Shown in pieces: positions 19,531 through 31,315 of a DNA stretch of 64,000 nucleotides (positions are counted from its first letter, which is position 1; every line of letters starts with the position of its first letter). The notes below the pieces were generated by a model that saw nothing but the letters and a program-made list of their open reading frames with translations, had not been told where the DNA came from and did not search any database. Both the position numbers and the translations under genes were made by a program. The DNA lies in the NCBI GenBank assembly GCA_963799845.1, contig CAWCYI010000006.1, positions 320,001 to 384,000 on the forward strand, given 5' to 3'. The stretch comes from an uncultured Nitrososphaerota archaeon (GTDB lineage Archaea > Thermoproteota > Nitrososphaeria > Nitrososphaerales > CADDZS01).

Positions 19531-19902
19531 ATGGATCTCTCCCCTGATAGCAAATCTCGAAACTTTAGATCTGTAATATGCTACAGAATTTCTAACATTA
19601 TGGAAAGAGCCGTGGTGGAAGAGATATGTTCTCGAAAAGGAGTCACCCTACTCTACACACAGGATAGTTCAGAATTGCTTCGGTTTGGCGATGGATACCT
19701 AGTCATCTGCGATCTTGCAAGTCTGAAGAAAGATGATCTTGCCGCTCTGGTCAAGTCAGCAAGAACGAAGAATTGTCGAGTTCTGGGGAGCTACCCTCAT
19801 GTCTCCAGAAAAATGGGTGAAACGGCGCTATCTGAAGGTGTAGATTACGTTGTGCCAAGATCTGCATTCAAAATAAAGTTAGAGCAGATATTGACGAACT
19901 AG
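19531..19902 (+). CDS. Small receiver-domain-like protein
   Basis: LVICDL...VLGSYPHV...A..EGVDYVVPRSAF pattern of CheY-like small proteins; start uncertain. Confidence 0.5.
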   Translation: MDLSPDSKSRNFRSVICYRISNIMERAVVEEICSRKGVTLLYTQDSSELLRFGDGYLVICDLASLKKDDLAALVKSARTKNCRVLGSYPHVSRKMGETALSEGVDYVVPRSAFKIKLEQILTN

Positions 19903-20171
19903 GTCTTTGAGGCAACCTTGAGTCTTTCCATATTTCTGATCTCCCTGGCTTTCAAAATCGGACCGATGGTATCAAGCCAGGAATCTCCTTCTTTTATCCT
20001 CCATTCGTTCAGATACTCTTGAACGAGATTGTCAGAAGTTGCTAGCCCAATCGGGAGCTTGTAAAAGAACGGGCAGTCAAACATCAAGAGTACAACCTTA
20101 TCGCCGTTTTCGTCCAATCCTGGAACGCGCTCATCTTCCGCTGCGTTGCAGAACGGGCATCTGATGGTCAA
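19899..20171 (-). CDS. Hypothetical protein with N-terminal CPFC
   Basis: 90-aa ORF with CPFC and DCPF motifs; convergent stop overlap. Confidence 0.6.
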   Translation of the reverse strand: MTIRCPFCNAAEDERVPGLDENGDKVVLLMFDCPFFYKLPIGLATSDNLVQEYLNEWRIKEGDSWLDTIGPILKAREIRNMERLKVASKT

Positions 20172-20275
20172 GTGCGATACGAGTTATATTGACAATAGCT
20201 GAAAAATATTGTGCAATCTAATCGATTGCGAAGTTGAACCTTCTTCACCATAAATAGCTGCCAAAATTATCGTCG

Positions 20276-22115
20276 ATGGATATCCAATTGCTGAGATATT
20301 CTGTTTCCATGCCGAGCCCAAATACGCATTATTTTGAAGTGAGCATATTCGTCAGCGATTTCAAGAAAAAAGTCCCTGACCCTAGCAAGTTGCATTTAGT
20401 CATGCCCGTCTGGACTCCGGGCTCTTATCTTGTCAGAGAGTTCTCGAAAAACGTTCTGGATCTTGATGCTAGATTGGTCGATGTCAACAAAAAGGCAAGA
20501 TCATATAAGGTAAGTAAGAATGAATGGGTAGTTGAAACCAATGGTTCTGAGGAAGTAGAAATCAATTACCGAGTGTACGCCTTTGAACTTTCGGTAAACA
20601 CTAGCTATCTCGATGACAAGCACGGGATCATCAACGGTGCAAGCATATTCATGTACATTCAAGGCATGGAGAACATCGAGGGAGTTCTAGAAGTCCATCA
20701 GTTCGAGGAATGGAAAAAAATCTCGACCGGTCTCCAAGAGATTGAGAACTCGGATTCGAAGTCCTCCCAGTTTCTAGTTCCGAACTATGACAAACTGGTC
20801 GATTCCCCGATCGAGATAGGGAATCAAAATCTCCACTCGTTTACCCTCAATGGAACCAAGTACGAAGTATCAATATTCAGCATAAGCAAGTTCGATGAAG
20901 TGGCATTCGTTTCAGATATCAGGAAAATCGTCGAAGCAACGACGAAAGTATTTTCGGAAGTTCCCTACGACAGGTACGTCTTCATCGTCGATTTTACCGC
21001 TGACAATTACGGAGGCCTGGAGCACCTCAACAGCACTTACTGCCTCGCGTCGATTTTCAGACTGGAACCTCCTCAAGAGTATAGACAGTCTGCTGTCGTT
21101 GTTTTCGCACGAATTTTTCCACGCGTGGAACGTCAAGAGGATGCGCCCCAAAGGCCTGGGGCCCTTCGATTACACGAAGGAGACATACACCAAATCACTC
21201 TGGATCGCTGAAGGAATAACGAGTTACTACGACGACCTGCTTATCAGACGGGCCGGGATATTCAGCGTTGGAGAGTACCTTGATGCCTTCAGCTCGAACA
21301 TCAGTCAGATGAAGAGTCTCCCAGGTTCCAGGTGGCAGAGCGCACAGGAAGCGAGCTTTGACACTTGGATCAAACATTACAGGCAAAACGAAAATTCTCC
21401 GAACGTCTCATTCTCATATTACACTCAGGGCGCTGTCATCGGCTGGATGCTTGACATGGAAATCAGGAGGAGCACCGGCTCTTCGAGGACTCTGGATGAC
21501 GCGATGAGAAAGACCTACGCCGAGACGTACTTCAATGAGAACAGAGGGTTCTCAGACGAGGAGTTCGAACGAATTTGCGAGGAAACATCCGGATCTAGCG
21601 CGGTCGCGGCCATCTTCGAGCAGAGAGTCGAGGGAAGGACTGATGTTGATTTCGACAGATATCTTGCTTATGCCGGGTTGAAGCTGGTACCGAAAAAAGA
21701 GGAAAAAGTGAGTGGTTTTCTGGGAGTCAGGCTGAAGGAGGAAACAGGGCGTGTGACGGTTATAACGGTTCTTTCTTCCTCCCCGGCAGAGGTTGGAGGC
21801 CTCGCGCCCTCAGATGAGATCATAGGGGCAAATCATATTCGTATGGATAGAGCCAGACTCTCCTTCTATTTGTCAAACAGCAAACCAGGGGATCTTATCA
21901 TCCTGTCTGTAGCGAGATTGGGTTCCATCTTTCAAGTAGAGTCGCGACTGACCGAAAAACCGGTTCTGGAATTCAGGTTAACAAAAAATGATCAAGCAAG
22001 TCCAGAGGAAAAACAGCTTTTCGAAAATTGGTTGGGTGAGAGCTGGTCTGAAGAAATCAAATTTGAGGATTACAGGCCGTCCCCGGTAAGGACGAATGTT
22101 TTGGATTATGTTTGA
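20276..22115 (+). CDS. M61 glycyl aminopeptidase with PDZ domain (indel near 21085)
   Basis: MPVWTPGSYL, GGLEH, SHEFFHAWN, LWIAEGITSYY, C-terminal PDZ (SSPAEVGGL). Confidence 0.92.
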
Positions 22116-22202
22116 TTCACCAAGCAAGGTTTTAAGCATGGATTCATTACAGTACATCTGAATTCTAGCGAAAAAAGAATAATCGAGTTAAAGTGAGTTA
22201 TT

Positions 22203-22517
22203 TTGGGTAAAAGAAAAGTTCTGAACGAAGCTCAACTGAAGGAAATGGTTCTGGCTCAGGAAGGGGAAATGTACGGCCAGGTGATAAAACTCGTTGGCAG
22301 TGATCATCTCATGGTAAAGTGCGCTGACGGAAAGACGCGCCTTGGAAGGATTCGCGGTAAAATTAGAAGGAGAGTATGGATTCGTCTGGGTGATATTGTT
22401 TTACTTGTGCCATGGGATTTTGCAGCGGCAGATAGGTGCGACATTATTTGGCGATACACAGTCTCACAGGTAGAATGGCTTCGGGCAAACGGAATGCTCC
22501 CGCCGGACTTCCAATAA
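22203..22517 (+). CDS. eif1a: Translation initiation factor aIF-1A
   Basis: CADGKTRLGRIRGKIRRRVWIRLGDIVLLVPWDF...DIIWRY. Confidence 0.95.
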   Translation: MGKRKVLNEAQLKEMVLAQEGEMYGQVIKLVGSDHLMVKCADGKTRLGRIRGKIRRRVWIRLGDIVLLVPWDFAAADRCDIIWRYTVSQVEWLRANGMLPPDFQ

Positions 22518-22538
22518 ACGTCGTATGTTTCTCGATGT

Positions 22539-23120
22539 CTAGATAATCAGCGAGTGCTGAGAGCCTATACTGGCAAAAACGTCAGCAATTCCCGCGGCGG
22601 CAAGCTCCCTCTTATCGTATGCGCAAACGATCGCCACCTTTAGCTGCGGCACGATCCGGCTCAATAGCGCATCAAACTCCTGATAGTTTGAGATAAACCC
22701 CTTACGCACAAGCATGTCGGTCTCGGAGATTATTGCTAGAAAGCTAAACCCCGAGTCCGAGGCTTCTTTCGCGCTCTGTCTAATCCTATCTCCCAGCTCT
22801 GGAATGGGACGAAACTGCTGTTGACGCCCCGAAGAGAGGAACCACTCTTCAGAATCAGCGATCTTCATTTGCTTATTTTTTTCATATGCAGCTACGTCAA
22901 AACCAACATCTTTCAGCGATAACCTGATCCCTTTCACTCCTTGTTTTCCTGCAATGTAGATCAACGAAGCATTCTTCGAGTCGACAAATTCTCGACACAG
23001 AGGGAATAGCTTTAGTTGTTTTTCAGAATTCAAGTCAAAAAAATAAGCCGCGTGAATCCCCGCCTCTAGGTAACGTCTGGTATTGGGACCTCCGGGAATC
23101 TCGGTACTCGCTTCCGCCAT
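22539..23120 (-). CDS. Stand-alone MEDS-like sensory domain protein
   Basis: GIHAAYFF, IYIA and IVCAYD motifs. Confidence 0.6.
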   Translation of the reverse strand: MAEASTEIPGGPNTRRYLEAGIHAAYFFDLNSEKQLKLFPLCREFVDSKNASLIYIAGKQGVKGIRLSLKDVGFDVAAYEKNKQMKIADSEEWFLSSGRQQQFRPIPELGDRIRQSAKEASDSGFSFLAIISETDMLVRKGFISNYQEFDALLSRIVPQLKVAIVCAYDKRELAAAGIADVFASIGSQHSLII

Positions 23121-23421
23121 CTAAATGACCGTGGACTAGTCTCAAGCATTGCTAACGAGAACTGTAATCTTATTGTTTACTGTCATTTCGGAATGGTCTT
23201 GTTTTTCGATAGTAATTTTTGTTTTAGTGATTGTCATAGTTGGCAAAAATAATCGATCCGACCAGAAATTCAGGAGACCCTTGTCCGTGTCTCAGGAATC
23301 TCTTTAATTTGTGATCGCGTGACTATACAGCAATCCAATCTTCGTTTCGCTAGATCTTCTTAGGAATATTCTGCAAAAAAGGCTTAAACCTTATATCGAT
23401 TTCACGGGTTTTTCGTGTCAC

Positions 23422-24786
23422 GTGCCTTCAAAGAGCTATGCCGATCGTAAGTACGGCGTCTTCCTAGATCCTGAGGAATTACCACGAAAGTGGTACAACA
23501 TAGTTCCAGATCTTCCGGAAGAGCTGGCACCGATGTTGAACCCTCACACGCATGAGCCGATGGGGCCGAAAGATTTCGAGAAATTATTCCCTAAGGAGTT
23601 AGTGAAGCAGCAATTTTCCATGGAGCGATGGTTCGACATTCCGGAAGATGTGTGGGAGGCTTACAGAAGATTACCCAGACCGTCTCCTCTAATCAGGGCG
23701 AAACACCTGGAGCAGTTTTTGAAGACACCAGCCAAGATTTACTATAAAGCTGAGCAATTTACTCCGGTGGGTAGCATGAAACCCAACAGCGCGCTTCCAC
23801 AGACCTACTACGCGAAAAAACAGGGATTGGATCTAGCGATCTCGGAAACTGGAGCGGGTCAGTGGGGTTCGGCTCTCGCGATGTCTTGCGCCTGGTTTGA
23901 CCTTCCTGCTCGAATCTATATGGTTCGAGTGAGTTCGAAGCAAAAGCCCGGGCGGAGGGTCATGATGGAAACATATGGCGCTCAGGTTATTGAATCGCCA
24001 AGTGATAATACGAAGATAGGTAGAAAACTTCTTGCGGAGAATCCCGAACACCCAGGATCTCTGGGAATCGCTATCAGCGAGGCTATAGAAGACACTTTTG
24101 CTACCGAGGGATCTGGGTACCTCCTCGCTTCAGCTTTCAATTATGCGCTGGCCCACCAGACGATCATCGGGCTTGAGACTCAAAAGCAATTCGAGCTCCT
24201 CGATGAGACTCCAGACTTGATGTGCGGTTGCATTGGCGGTGGTTCCAATTTTTCCGGATTCATCTATCCATTCGTAAGGGAGAAACTCAGAAAGAAAATT
24301 GACACTGAATTCATGGCATGTGAACCATCGGCCGTTCCCTCCACGACTAGGGGCACATTTACCTACGACTATGCCGATACTGCAGAGCAAACTCCGCTCG
24401 TAAAAATGTATACCGTTGGGCACAGTTTTGCAAATCCCCCAATTCATGCTGGTGGGCTCAGATATCATGGCAAGGCTCCAAGCCTTTCTCTGTTGATTTA
24501 CAGGAAGGTTGTAGAGTCGGTTTCGTTTGCTCAAACCAAAGTCTTTGAGGCCGCAAGAATATTTGCCCGTACTGAGGGAGTCTTTGCAGCACCAGAATCA
24601 GCCCACGGATTGCGATATGCAATCGATGAAGCAATTCGTTGCAGAAAGAGAAATGAGAAGAAAATAATAGTTTTCAACAACTGCGGGCATGGACTACTAG
24701 ATCTTTCAGCATATGACGAATATAATCACGGTAAGCTTGTCGATTGGAGTCCTGAAGAAATCGTAGCACCACAGTATGTAACTTAA
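23422..24786 (+). CDS. trpB2: TrpB2-type PLP enzyme (tryptophan synthase beta-2 family)
   Basis: KWYNI, GSMKPNSA, ETGAGQWG, GSLGIAISEA, GGGSNF, IHAGGLRYHG, APESAH. Confidence 0.92.
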   Translation: MPSKSYADRKYGVFLDPEELPRKWYNIVPDLPEELAPMLNPHTHEPMGPKDFEKLFPKELVKQQFSMERWFDIPEDVWEAYRRLPRPSPLIRAKHLEQFLKTPAKIYYKAEQFTPVGSMKPNSALPQTYYAKKQGLDLAISETGAGQWGSALAMSCAWFDLPARIYMVRVSSKQKPGRRVMMETYGAQVIESPSDNTKIGRKLLAENPEHPGSLGIAISEAIEDTFATEGSGYLLASAFNYALAHQTIIGLETQKQFELLDETPDLMCGCIGGGSNFSGFIYPFVREKLRKKIDTEFMACEPSAVPSTTRGTFTYDYADTAEQTPLVKMYTVGHSFANPPIHAGGLRYHGKAPSLSLLIYRKVVESVSFAQTKVFEAARIFARTEGVFAAPESAHGLRYAIDEAIRCRKRNEKKIIVFNNCGHGLLDLSAYDEYNHGKLVDWSPEEIVAPQYVT

Positions 24787-24930
24787 TAGCAATGCCTCAA
24801 ATTCGCGCAAAGCTAACGCCGATATATTATTCGTGCTCATCCAGCGTTGTCTTTAGACCAGTAGATAGAGTTAAGTTTCACAACCACTAAATAGAGCAAT
24901 TGCAATAATATGATTTTGAGTTGAGAGAAA

Positions 24931-25131
24931 TTGTCTGATCAGGGTAACGCCAACAAGAGAGGCCTTGCATCGGCCTCTTCTGAGACCCGCGAGAGGGTAG
25001 CAAAAGCAGGTGGCGAGGCTCCTCACCAAAAGAGAGGACTTCAGGCAGCAGCGTCTGAAACGAGGCAGGCAGTTGCGCGGAAGGGTGGATTAGCTGAGAG
25101 GAGAACAACGCAGAAAGGCAAAACAGGCTAA
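24931..25131 (+). CDS. KGG-repeat general stress protein
   Basis: Two repeats, RGLASAS.ETRERVAKAGG and RGLQAAASETRQAVARKGG. Confidence 0.8.
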   Translation: MSDQGNANKRGLASASSETRERVAKAGGEAPHQKRGLQAAASETRQAVARKGGLAERRTTQKGKTG

Positions 25132-25180
25132 GGAAGCCGCACTAAAAGAAAATCCTGCAGAAATTACTCAGTCTTCCTAG

Positions 25181-25606
25181 TCATTCGGGTATTCCTTTCT
25201 TGAATGAATTCTTCGAAAATGTCTTTCTTTGTTGCCGATCCAGACCGATGCATGAAGAATGGACACTCGCTTCCTTCCGTTCACCACCCACAAAACGGTT
25301 GACGCTTTCGAACTTCTCCGACTCCTGTAAGGTCCTCCCACAAATGAAGCACCGGAATTTTGTTTTGTGTTGCTGAACTAGATCAAAGTAGATCAATGCA
25401 AAAAAGGCTGGTATCGTTACTACATGAAGTAAGGCGATAAGGACGATGTCTGAATAGAAAGCAGCCTCAATAGTTAGAGCAATGTCTACAATGAAAAGTA
25501 GGAAGACCATTTTACCCGTAGTCAAAGCTCGGAGAAACCACAGTAGAGGAAGCGTCAGTGCAAAGAGTAAAGTAGTCACAGCGTACAGAGTCAGTGCGTC
25601 GACCAA
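25181..25606 (-). CDS. Membrane protein with C-terminal CxxC...HxxC zinc motif
   Basis: Three hydrophobic segments followed by CFIC...VHSSC. Confidence 0.65.
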   Translation of the reverse strand: MVDALTLYAVTTLLFALTLPLLWFLRALTTGKMVFLLFIVDIALTIEAAFYSDIVLIALLHVVTIPAFFALIYFDLVQQHKTKFRCFICGRTLQESEKFESVNRFVGGERKEASVHSSCIGLDRQQRKTFSKNSFKKGIPE

Positions 25607-25696
25607 AGTGAGCGATTCACGTTTGCTAAGCAGATAAGAATTTTACTCTAGCCCTGCAGGGAATCTGAATAGAATTTACTGAAACAAAGAAATTGA

Positions 25697-28600
25697 CTAG
25701 ATTTTTGAGGTCAACGGGACTATTGTAATTTCTCGCGTCCTTAGCCAAGACAGTCCCTTAATGAAAACGTCAATATTCTCAACGTTCGTCAAGACCGGGA
25801 TTCCGAGTTCCACTGCCTTTCTTCTGATCTTGTAATCGTCTTCCTGCATATCTGCAAATTTCTCAATGGCCAGACTACTTGGAATGTTGATGATCAGATC
25901 AATTTTTCTTTCCGCCAGATAGTCGCTAATGTTCGGTTTTCGATCTCTCTCCATCATTTTGTAGAGAATTGTAACTTTTTCAAGACCATGTTTGGTCAGA
26001 AATTCGGCCGTGTGCTCGGTCGCATAAATGTCGTAACCCATCTCTGCAAGTTTTCGAACAGAATTCAGAGTTCTCCGCTTCAGCTCCGTGCCGCCTACGC
26101 TGATCAGAACATTCCCCTTCGTTGGTATTCTGTAGCCAGAAGCCGCGAGCGCCTTGCAATAAGCATCGAAGAAATTTTCGCCAAAACAGGCCACCTCTCC
26201 TGTAGACTGCATTTCGACACCAAGGAGGGGATCTGCGCCTTCGAGTTGCATGAACGAAAATTGCGGGACTTTTACTCCCACCTTAAAGGCGGGAGATTTT
26301 CGTCCCAGATACTGGCTGATATCGTTGCCCAAGATCGCTTCAGCACCCGCATCCAAGAGATTGACCCCGTTCATTTTAGAGACGAAAGGCATGGATCTCG
26401 AAGCGCGAAGATTGCATTCGATGACCAAGACTTCGGAACCCTTCACGATATATTGAACATTAAAGGGTCCCTTGATGTCGAGACCTTCCGCGATTCTCTT
26501 TGTATAATCCAATATCTTCGCCTGAGCCTCGCTGCTGAGTCCCTCTGCGGGTATCCTCATTGTCGCGTCGCCAGAATGCACTCCTGCCTTTTCGACGTGC
26601 TCAATTATTGCACCAATCAGAACGTTTTTCCCGTCGCTCACGGCATCCACTTCAGCTTCCTTGGCATTTTGAATGAATTTGCTAATCACAAGAGGATGAT
26701 CTGGCGAAACCTCAGCGGCTTCCATGAGAAAACTCTCCAATTGTTTTTGACTCCACATTACTCGCATTGCCGCACCGCTAAGAACGTAGGAAGGACGTAG
26801 TATCACGGGAAAATTCTCTTGCGCAAATTCAGCAGCCCTTTCCTCTGAAGTGACCTCGATCCATCTTGGTTGTGATATGCCGAGTCTATCCAGCAAATCA
26901 GAGAACTTTGCTCGATCTTCTGCTTTGTCGAGATTTTCACTTGCTGTTCCCAGGATCTTAACTCCGGCAAAATCAAGTTTTGGAATCAAGTTGTTTGCCG
27001 TCTGCCCACCCACACAGCAAACCACACCTACCGGATGCTCTAAATCGTGGATGTCGAGCACTCGTTCAAGCGTCAATTCTTCAAAGTACAACCTGTTGCT
27101 CATGTCATAATCAGTCGATACTGTCTCCGGATTACAGTTTATGACAATGACCTCAAAACCCCTTCTCTGGAGAGCCCAGACCATGTTCATTGTGCACCAA
27201 TCAAATTCGACCGAGCTACCAATCCGGTAAGAACCCGCACCAAGTACTATGATTTTCTGGTCGTTGCAGGTCGAAAAAACTGCATTATCTTCGCGTCCAT
27301 CGTAGCTTGTGTATAGATAGTTAGTTTTGGCAGGCCACTCAGCGGCGAGACTGTCGACTTGTTTAACGAAGGGCCTTATCGAATGATGGAGTCTCAATGC
27401 TCGAATGGCTGATTCCGAAAGAGCTAATCTTTTTGCTATCCATGAATCGGAAAAACCAAGTGCCTTCGCGCGCCGAATTACTTCGGGCTTCAGTTCAGCT
27501 CCGAGCTTTGCTATTTGTCCCAATTCAACATCCATGTCAACAATGTTCTTCATTTTTGAAAGAAACCATTTGTCGACCCAAGTCAGCCTGTTAATCTCAT
27601 CAACGCTAAAGCCGCTCGCTAGCGCCTCGGCAATGCTGAAGAATATCGAGTCTGTAGGATGTACCAATGCATTTTCAATCAGTTCGACCGAGCCCAGCGG
27701 TTTGTAGTCGAGCAATCCGTCCTTTCCGATGTCAAGCATCCGGATTGCTTTCTGTATTCCTTCCTCGAACGATCTTCCGATGGCCATAACTTCCCCGACA
27801 GATTTCATCTGACTCCCTAGCTCACGGCGCACCCGCTCAAATTTTCTGAAATCAAAACGAGGCATCTTCACCACGATGTAGTCGAGAGCCGGCTCAAAAC
27901 AAGCTGAAGTGATTCCGGTAACCTTGTTTGTAAGTTCTGAAAGGGAATACCCAAGAGTAATCTTCGCGGCAACGTACGCGATTGGGTAGCCCGTAGCTTT
28001 GGATGCGAGAGCTGAAGATCTAGATAACCTAGCGTTGATTTCAATAGCGTAATAGTTGTCCGATTTTGTGTCCAGAGCGAACTGAATATTGCATTCGCCG
28101 ACGACGCCTACGGCTCTCGCCGCTCTGATGGCAAGTTCTCGAAGACTGTGATATTCGTGATTTGTTAACGTCTGGGATGGGGCGACAACGGTGTTATCTC
28201 CAGTATGAACTCTCATGGAAAGTACGTTTTCCATGTTGCAGATGGTGATGCAATTGTCCGAAGCATCGCGCATGACTTCGTACTCGATTTGTTTCCAAGA
28301 ACCAACGTATTCCTCTATGAGGATTTGTCGAACTATGCTGTTCGCAAGTCCCTTCTCGGCTATAGAGTCGAGCTCATATTCATTGAAAGCGACGCCGCCT
28401 CCGCGACCTCCGAGTGTGAAGGCCACCCGGACAATTACCGGGTATCCTATTCTCGATGCGACATCTCTCGCCTGTTCGATGGAATAGACGGCTTCACTGA
28501 TGGGGCAATTGATCCCGCTTTCGGTCATTTTGGTTTTGAAAAGATCTCTATCTTCGGTAAGCTCTATCCCCCTAATTGAAGTTCCGAGCACTCGGATATT

Positions 28601-28933
28601 GTATTTCTTGAGTATTCCATTCCTCTCGAGCCCAATACCGCAATTCAATGCGGTTTGGCCGCCGAAACTCAAGAGTATTGAATCGGGGCGCTCTTGCTGG
28701 ATAACTTGTTCAACGTATTCAGGCGTGACAGGAAGGAAATAGACCTTGTCTGCCATTCTCGTATCAGTTTGAATAGTAGCAACGTTCGGGTTAACCAGAA
28801 TGGTTTGGATGCCCTCCTCTCTAATCGCCTTCAAGGCTTGTGAGCCCGAATAGTCGAACTCGCCAGCTTCCCCGATCTTGATCGAACCACTCCCCAAGAC
28901 CAGGACCTTCTTGATTGATTTGTCGAGCGGCAA
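25697..28933 (-). CDS. carB: Carbamoyl-phosphate synthase large subunit
   Basis: GSGSIKIGEAGEFDYSGSQA, two ATP-grasp modules, MGS domain; 1078 aa. Confidence 0.97.
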   Translation of the reverse strand: MPLDKSIKKVLVLGSGSIKIGEAGEFDYSGSQALKAIREEGIQTILVNPNVATIQTDTRMADKVYFLPVTPEYVEQVIQQERPDSILLSFGGQTALNCGIGLERNGILKKYNIRVLGTSIRGIELTEDRDLFKTKMTESGINCPISEAVYSIEQARDVASRIGYPVIVRVAFTLGGRGGGVAFNEYELDSIAEKGLANSIVRQILIEEYVGSWKQIEYEVMRDASDNCITICNMENVLSMRVHTGDNTVVAPSQTLTNHEYHSLRELAIRAARAVGVVGECNIQFALDTKSDNYYAIEINARLSRSSALASKATGYPIAYVAAKITLGYSLSELTNKVTGITSACFEPALDYIVVKMPRFDFRKFERVRRELGSQMKSVGEVMAIGRSFEEGIQKAIRMLDIGKDGLLDYKPLGSVELIENALVHPTDSIFFSIAEALASGFSVDEINRLTWVDKWFLSKMKNIVDMDVELGQIAKLGAELKPEVIRRAKALGFSDSWIAKRLALSESAIRALRLHHSIRPFVKQVDSLAAEWPAKTNYLYTSYDGREDNAVFSTCNDQKIIVLGAGSYRIGSSVEFDWCTMNMVWALQRRGFEVIVINCNPETVSTDYDMSNRLYFEELTLERVLDIHDLEHPVGVVCCVGGQTANNLIPKLDFAGVKILGTASENLDKAEDRAKFSDLLDRLGISQPRWIEVTSEERAAEFAQENFPVILRPSYVLSGAAMRVMWSQKQLESFLMEAAEVSPDHPLVISKFIQNAKEAEVDAVSDGKNVLIGAIIEHVEKAGVHSGDATMRIPAEGLSSEAQAKILDYTKRIAEGLDIKGPFNVQYIVKGSEVLVIECNLRASRSMPFVSKMNGVNLLDAGAEAILGNDISQYLGRKSPAFKVGVKVPQFSFMQLEGADPLLGVEMQSTGEVACFGENFFDAYCKALAASGYRIPTKGNVLISVGGTELKRRTLNSVRKLAEMGYDIYATEHTAEFLTKHGLEKVTILYKMMERDRKPNISDYLAERKIDLIINIPSSLAIEKFADMQEDDYKIRRKAVELGIPVLTNVENIDVFIKGLSWLRTREITIVPLTSKI

Positions 28934-28939
28934 CCAAGA

Positions 28940-30088
28940 TCAACTCGTTTTCAAAATCTTGTCTTGAAATACGTCGAAAACGTAACCTGCATCAATTGGT
29001 CCGGGCGAAGCTTCTGGATGAAATTGAACAGAAATGCACGGCTTCTCTCGATGAATAATTCCTTCAATAGTTCTATCGTCCGCGTTTACAAACCACGGGG
29101 CGAGTTTCGTCCCTTCAAGCGATTTTTCTTCAACAGTATATCCGTGATTTTGACTAGTGACCAAACTACGGCCGGTCTCAAGATCGATGCACGGCTTGTT
29201 CTGGCCCCGATGACCATATTTTAGTTTGTAAGTGTCAGCGCCTAGAGACAGAGCAATAATCTGAGTACCGAGGCAGATTCCAAGTGTTGGGATTCCCGCC
29301 TCTATCGAAGTTCTAGCAAATTCAATTGCAGGGCCGCAGTTCTTGGGATCGCCTGGCCCGTTGCTAATTACTATTCCATCGAATTTCGAAATTGTTTCGT
29401 CGAATGCTGTCGAGTAGGGCATGACCGTTACTTCAAATCCCCTCTTGACCAAACTTCTGACGATGTTTAACTTCACCCCACAGTCAATTATCGCAATTTG
29501 GCCATTGACATTTTTCCCATACCGCACGGAACTCCCGACGCTCACAACCTTGCAAAAATCAATTTTTGAATAATCCTGAGCATTTCGAAGAGCATGGACA
29601 CCTTCATCTATTGTTCGGGACAACGCCCCCATCATCACGCCCTTTTCTCGCAAATGCAGCGTTAACTCCCTAGTGTCGATTCCCTCTATTCCCGAAACTC
29701 CTTCATTACTCATCCACTCAGCGAGTGTTCGTTTCATTTCGTAATGGGACGGATTCCTCGAAGCTTGATTGACAATGATCCCTTTGGTCCTAATTTTCCC
29801 GGATTCGAAATTTACGAAAATCCCGTCTTCATCCTTAGCGTAATCCGGGACGCCGTAATTTCCAATTAGTGGATAAGTGAAACACAAAATTTGCCCGGCG
29901 TAGGATGGATCTGTCATTGCCTCCGTGTAGCCAACCATTCCGGTATTGAAGACGACTTCCCCGACTATTGGAGAATGCGAGTAAGAACCGAGAGAAAAAC
30001 CGTCAAAGGACTTGCCGTCATCAAGTACAAGCTTCAGTGGTAAAAGATCGGAACTCGAGACAGAACCCTCAGACAGATGGAGCAACAT
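28940..30088 (-). CDS. carA: Carbamoyl-phosphate synthase small subunit
   Basis: GEVVFNTGMVGY, SNGPGDP, GICLG, SQNHG, QFHPE. Confidence 0.96.
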   Translation of the reverse strand: MLLHLSEGSVSSSDLLPLKLVLDDGKSFDGFSLGSYSHSPIVGEVVFNTGMVGYTEAMTDPSYAGQILCFTYPLIGNYGVPDYAKDEDGIFVNFESGKIRTKGIIVNQASRNPSHYEMKRTLAEWMSNEGVSGIEGIDTRELTLHLREKGVMMGALSRTIDEGVHALRNAQDYSKIDFCKVVSVGSSVRYGKNVNGQIAIIDCGVKLNIVRSLVKRGFEVTVMPYSTAFDETISKFDGIVISNGPGDPKNCGPAIEFARTSIEAGIPTLGICLGTQIIALSLGADTYKLKYGHRGQNKPCIDLETGRSLVTSQNHGYTVEEKSLEGTKLAPWFVNADDRTIEGIIHREKPCISVQFHPEASPGPIDAGYVFDVFQDKILKTS

Positions 30089-30338
30089 TCTATTTAAACA
30101 ATGTTGTGAGAAAAGAATTTTCGTTCTTTCATTGTCATGAAAAAACTATCACAAATGATTCTTGAAATCTTCGAAATAATTTATCCCAGAAATCTCTTTT
30201 CTCATTCTCGACTTTGGAAAACGATTAACCTTTAGCATGACGTAAAGTTACATGAAAACTAACTCTTACGAAAATCTCTATTTCCGAGGCTCATATCGAC
30301 ACCAAGATTTTTTGCTGATTAAAATTCTCAAGATCATT

Positions 30339-30722
30339 TCATTGGACTGAGTCTAAGGTTTCAAGCGCCTTTCCTTCGTACTCTGGCAGCTTGAATTTCA
30401 ACCATTGATTTCCTTCTTCATCAGTTACCAAGAAACTACTTAGATTCCCCACAGAAGATCCAAGCAATTCATTCTGATTGGGGATCGAACCGAGAGGAAT
30501 TTGAGCAAATGTCTCCCACTTGTGCCTCAGAAAGATCACCTTGATGTTAGACTTTGAATAAATCAGAACAGGCTCGATGTTGATGGCGTCATATTCGACT
30601 TCTTCCAAATATCCTCGATCCAACAATTTTTTTCTCGTAGAAGCGATTATACTTTTTTTTGGCTCGGCCAGAGTTCTTATCATGTCATCTGCGCTTCGAT
30701 TGCCGACAGAACCCGTTCTCAA
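30339..30722 (-). CDS. Hypothetical protein (possibly a fragment)
   Basis: 127-aa ORF with protein-like composition; no recognised motif. Confidence 0.4.
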   Translation of the reverse strand: MRTGSVGNRSADDMIRTLAEPKKSIIASTRKKLLDRGYLEEVEYDAINIEPVLIYSKSNIKVIFLRHKWETFAQIPLGSIPNQNELLGSSVGNLSSFLVTDEEGNQWLKFKLPEYEGKALETLDSVQ

Positions 30723-31315
30723 GTCTGATGACCTGTCTCGAATCTCCTTTTTCTTTAAACAATCTATCTGTCCAAGAAGACACGCGTATAGGAGAAAATC
30801 GGATATTTCTTGGTGTCCAATAGCTTTGGAATGCTCGAATTCGCGTTCACGAATTATTTGGAGACTATATTATCAAATGAAAACCAAGAACTTAGACATC
30901 TGAATCTTCAAGAAATCTTGTCTCTGCAGACGAAGATAATTCCCAGGGAACCTGAAAGTTTGAGAATTCATCTAAGAAACTAGCCAACAACCAACAGAGG
31001 CTCACCCGAAGTATCGCACAATTCGATTACCTTGGCAAGGAGAGAGACAGGCATCCACGAAACTGATAACAGATTACGTAGACGATCTTATAATCCTAGA
31101 AACCCAGCTCTTCCCTTTCACCGAACAGAGAGCACTTCAGATTGTTGACCGCATGACTGAAGGTAAATATTGGAACCATGCTTTTCGCGTGATTGGTATG
31201 GCACACATTTACAAGGGTTTCAATTATGACTTGCTGGGCTGAGCGAATACATTGAGATCAATCCGAGGACGATTCCAAAGTATGTCCATTCACAGAAAGA
31301 AACGCACCCAGCCTA

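Noticed and set aside
25988-26800. Long antisense ORF (270 aa) within carB, and similar shadow ORFs
   Set aside because: Fully overlaps a well-conserved gene on the opposite strand and has no motifs.
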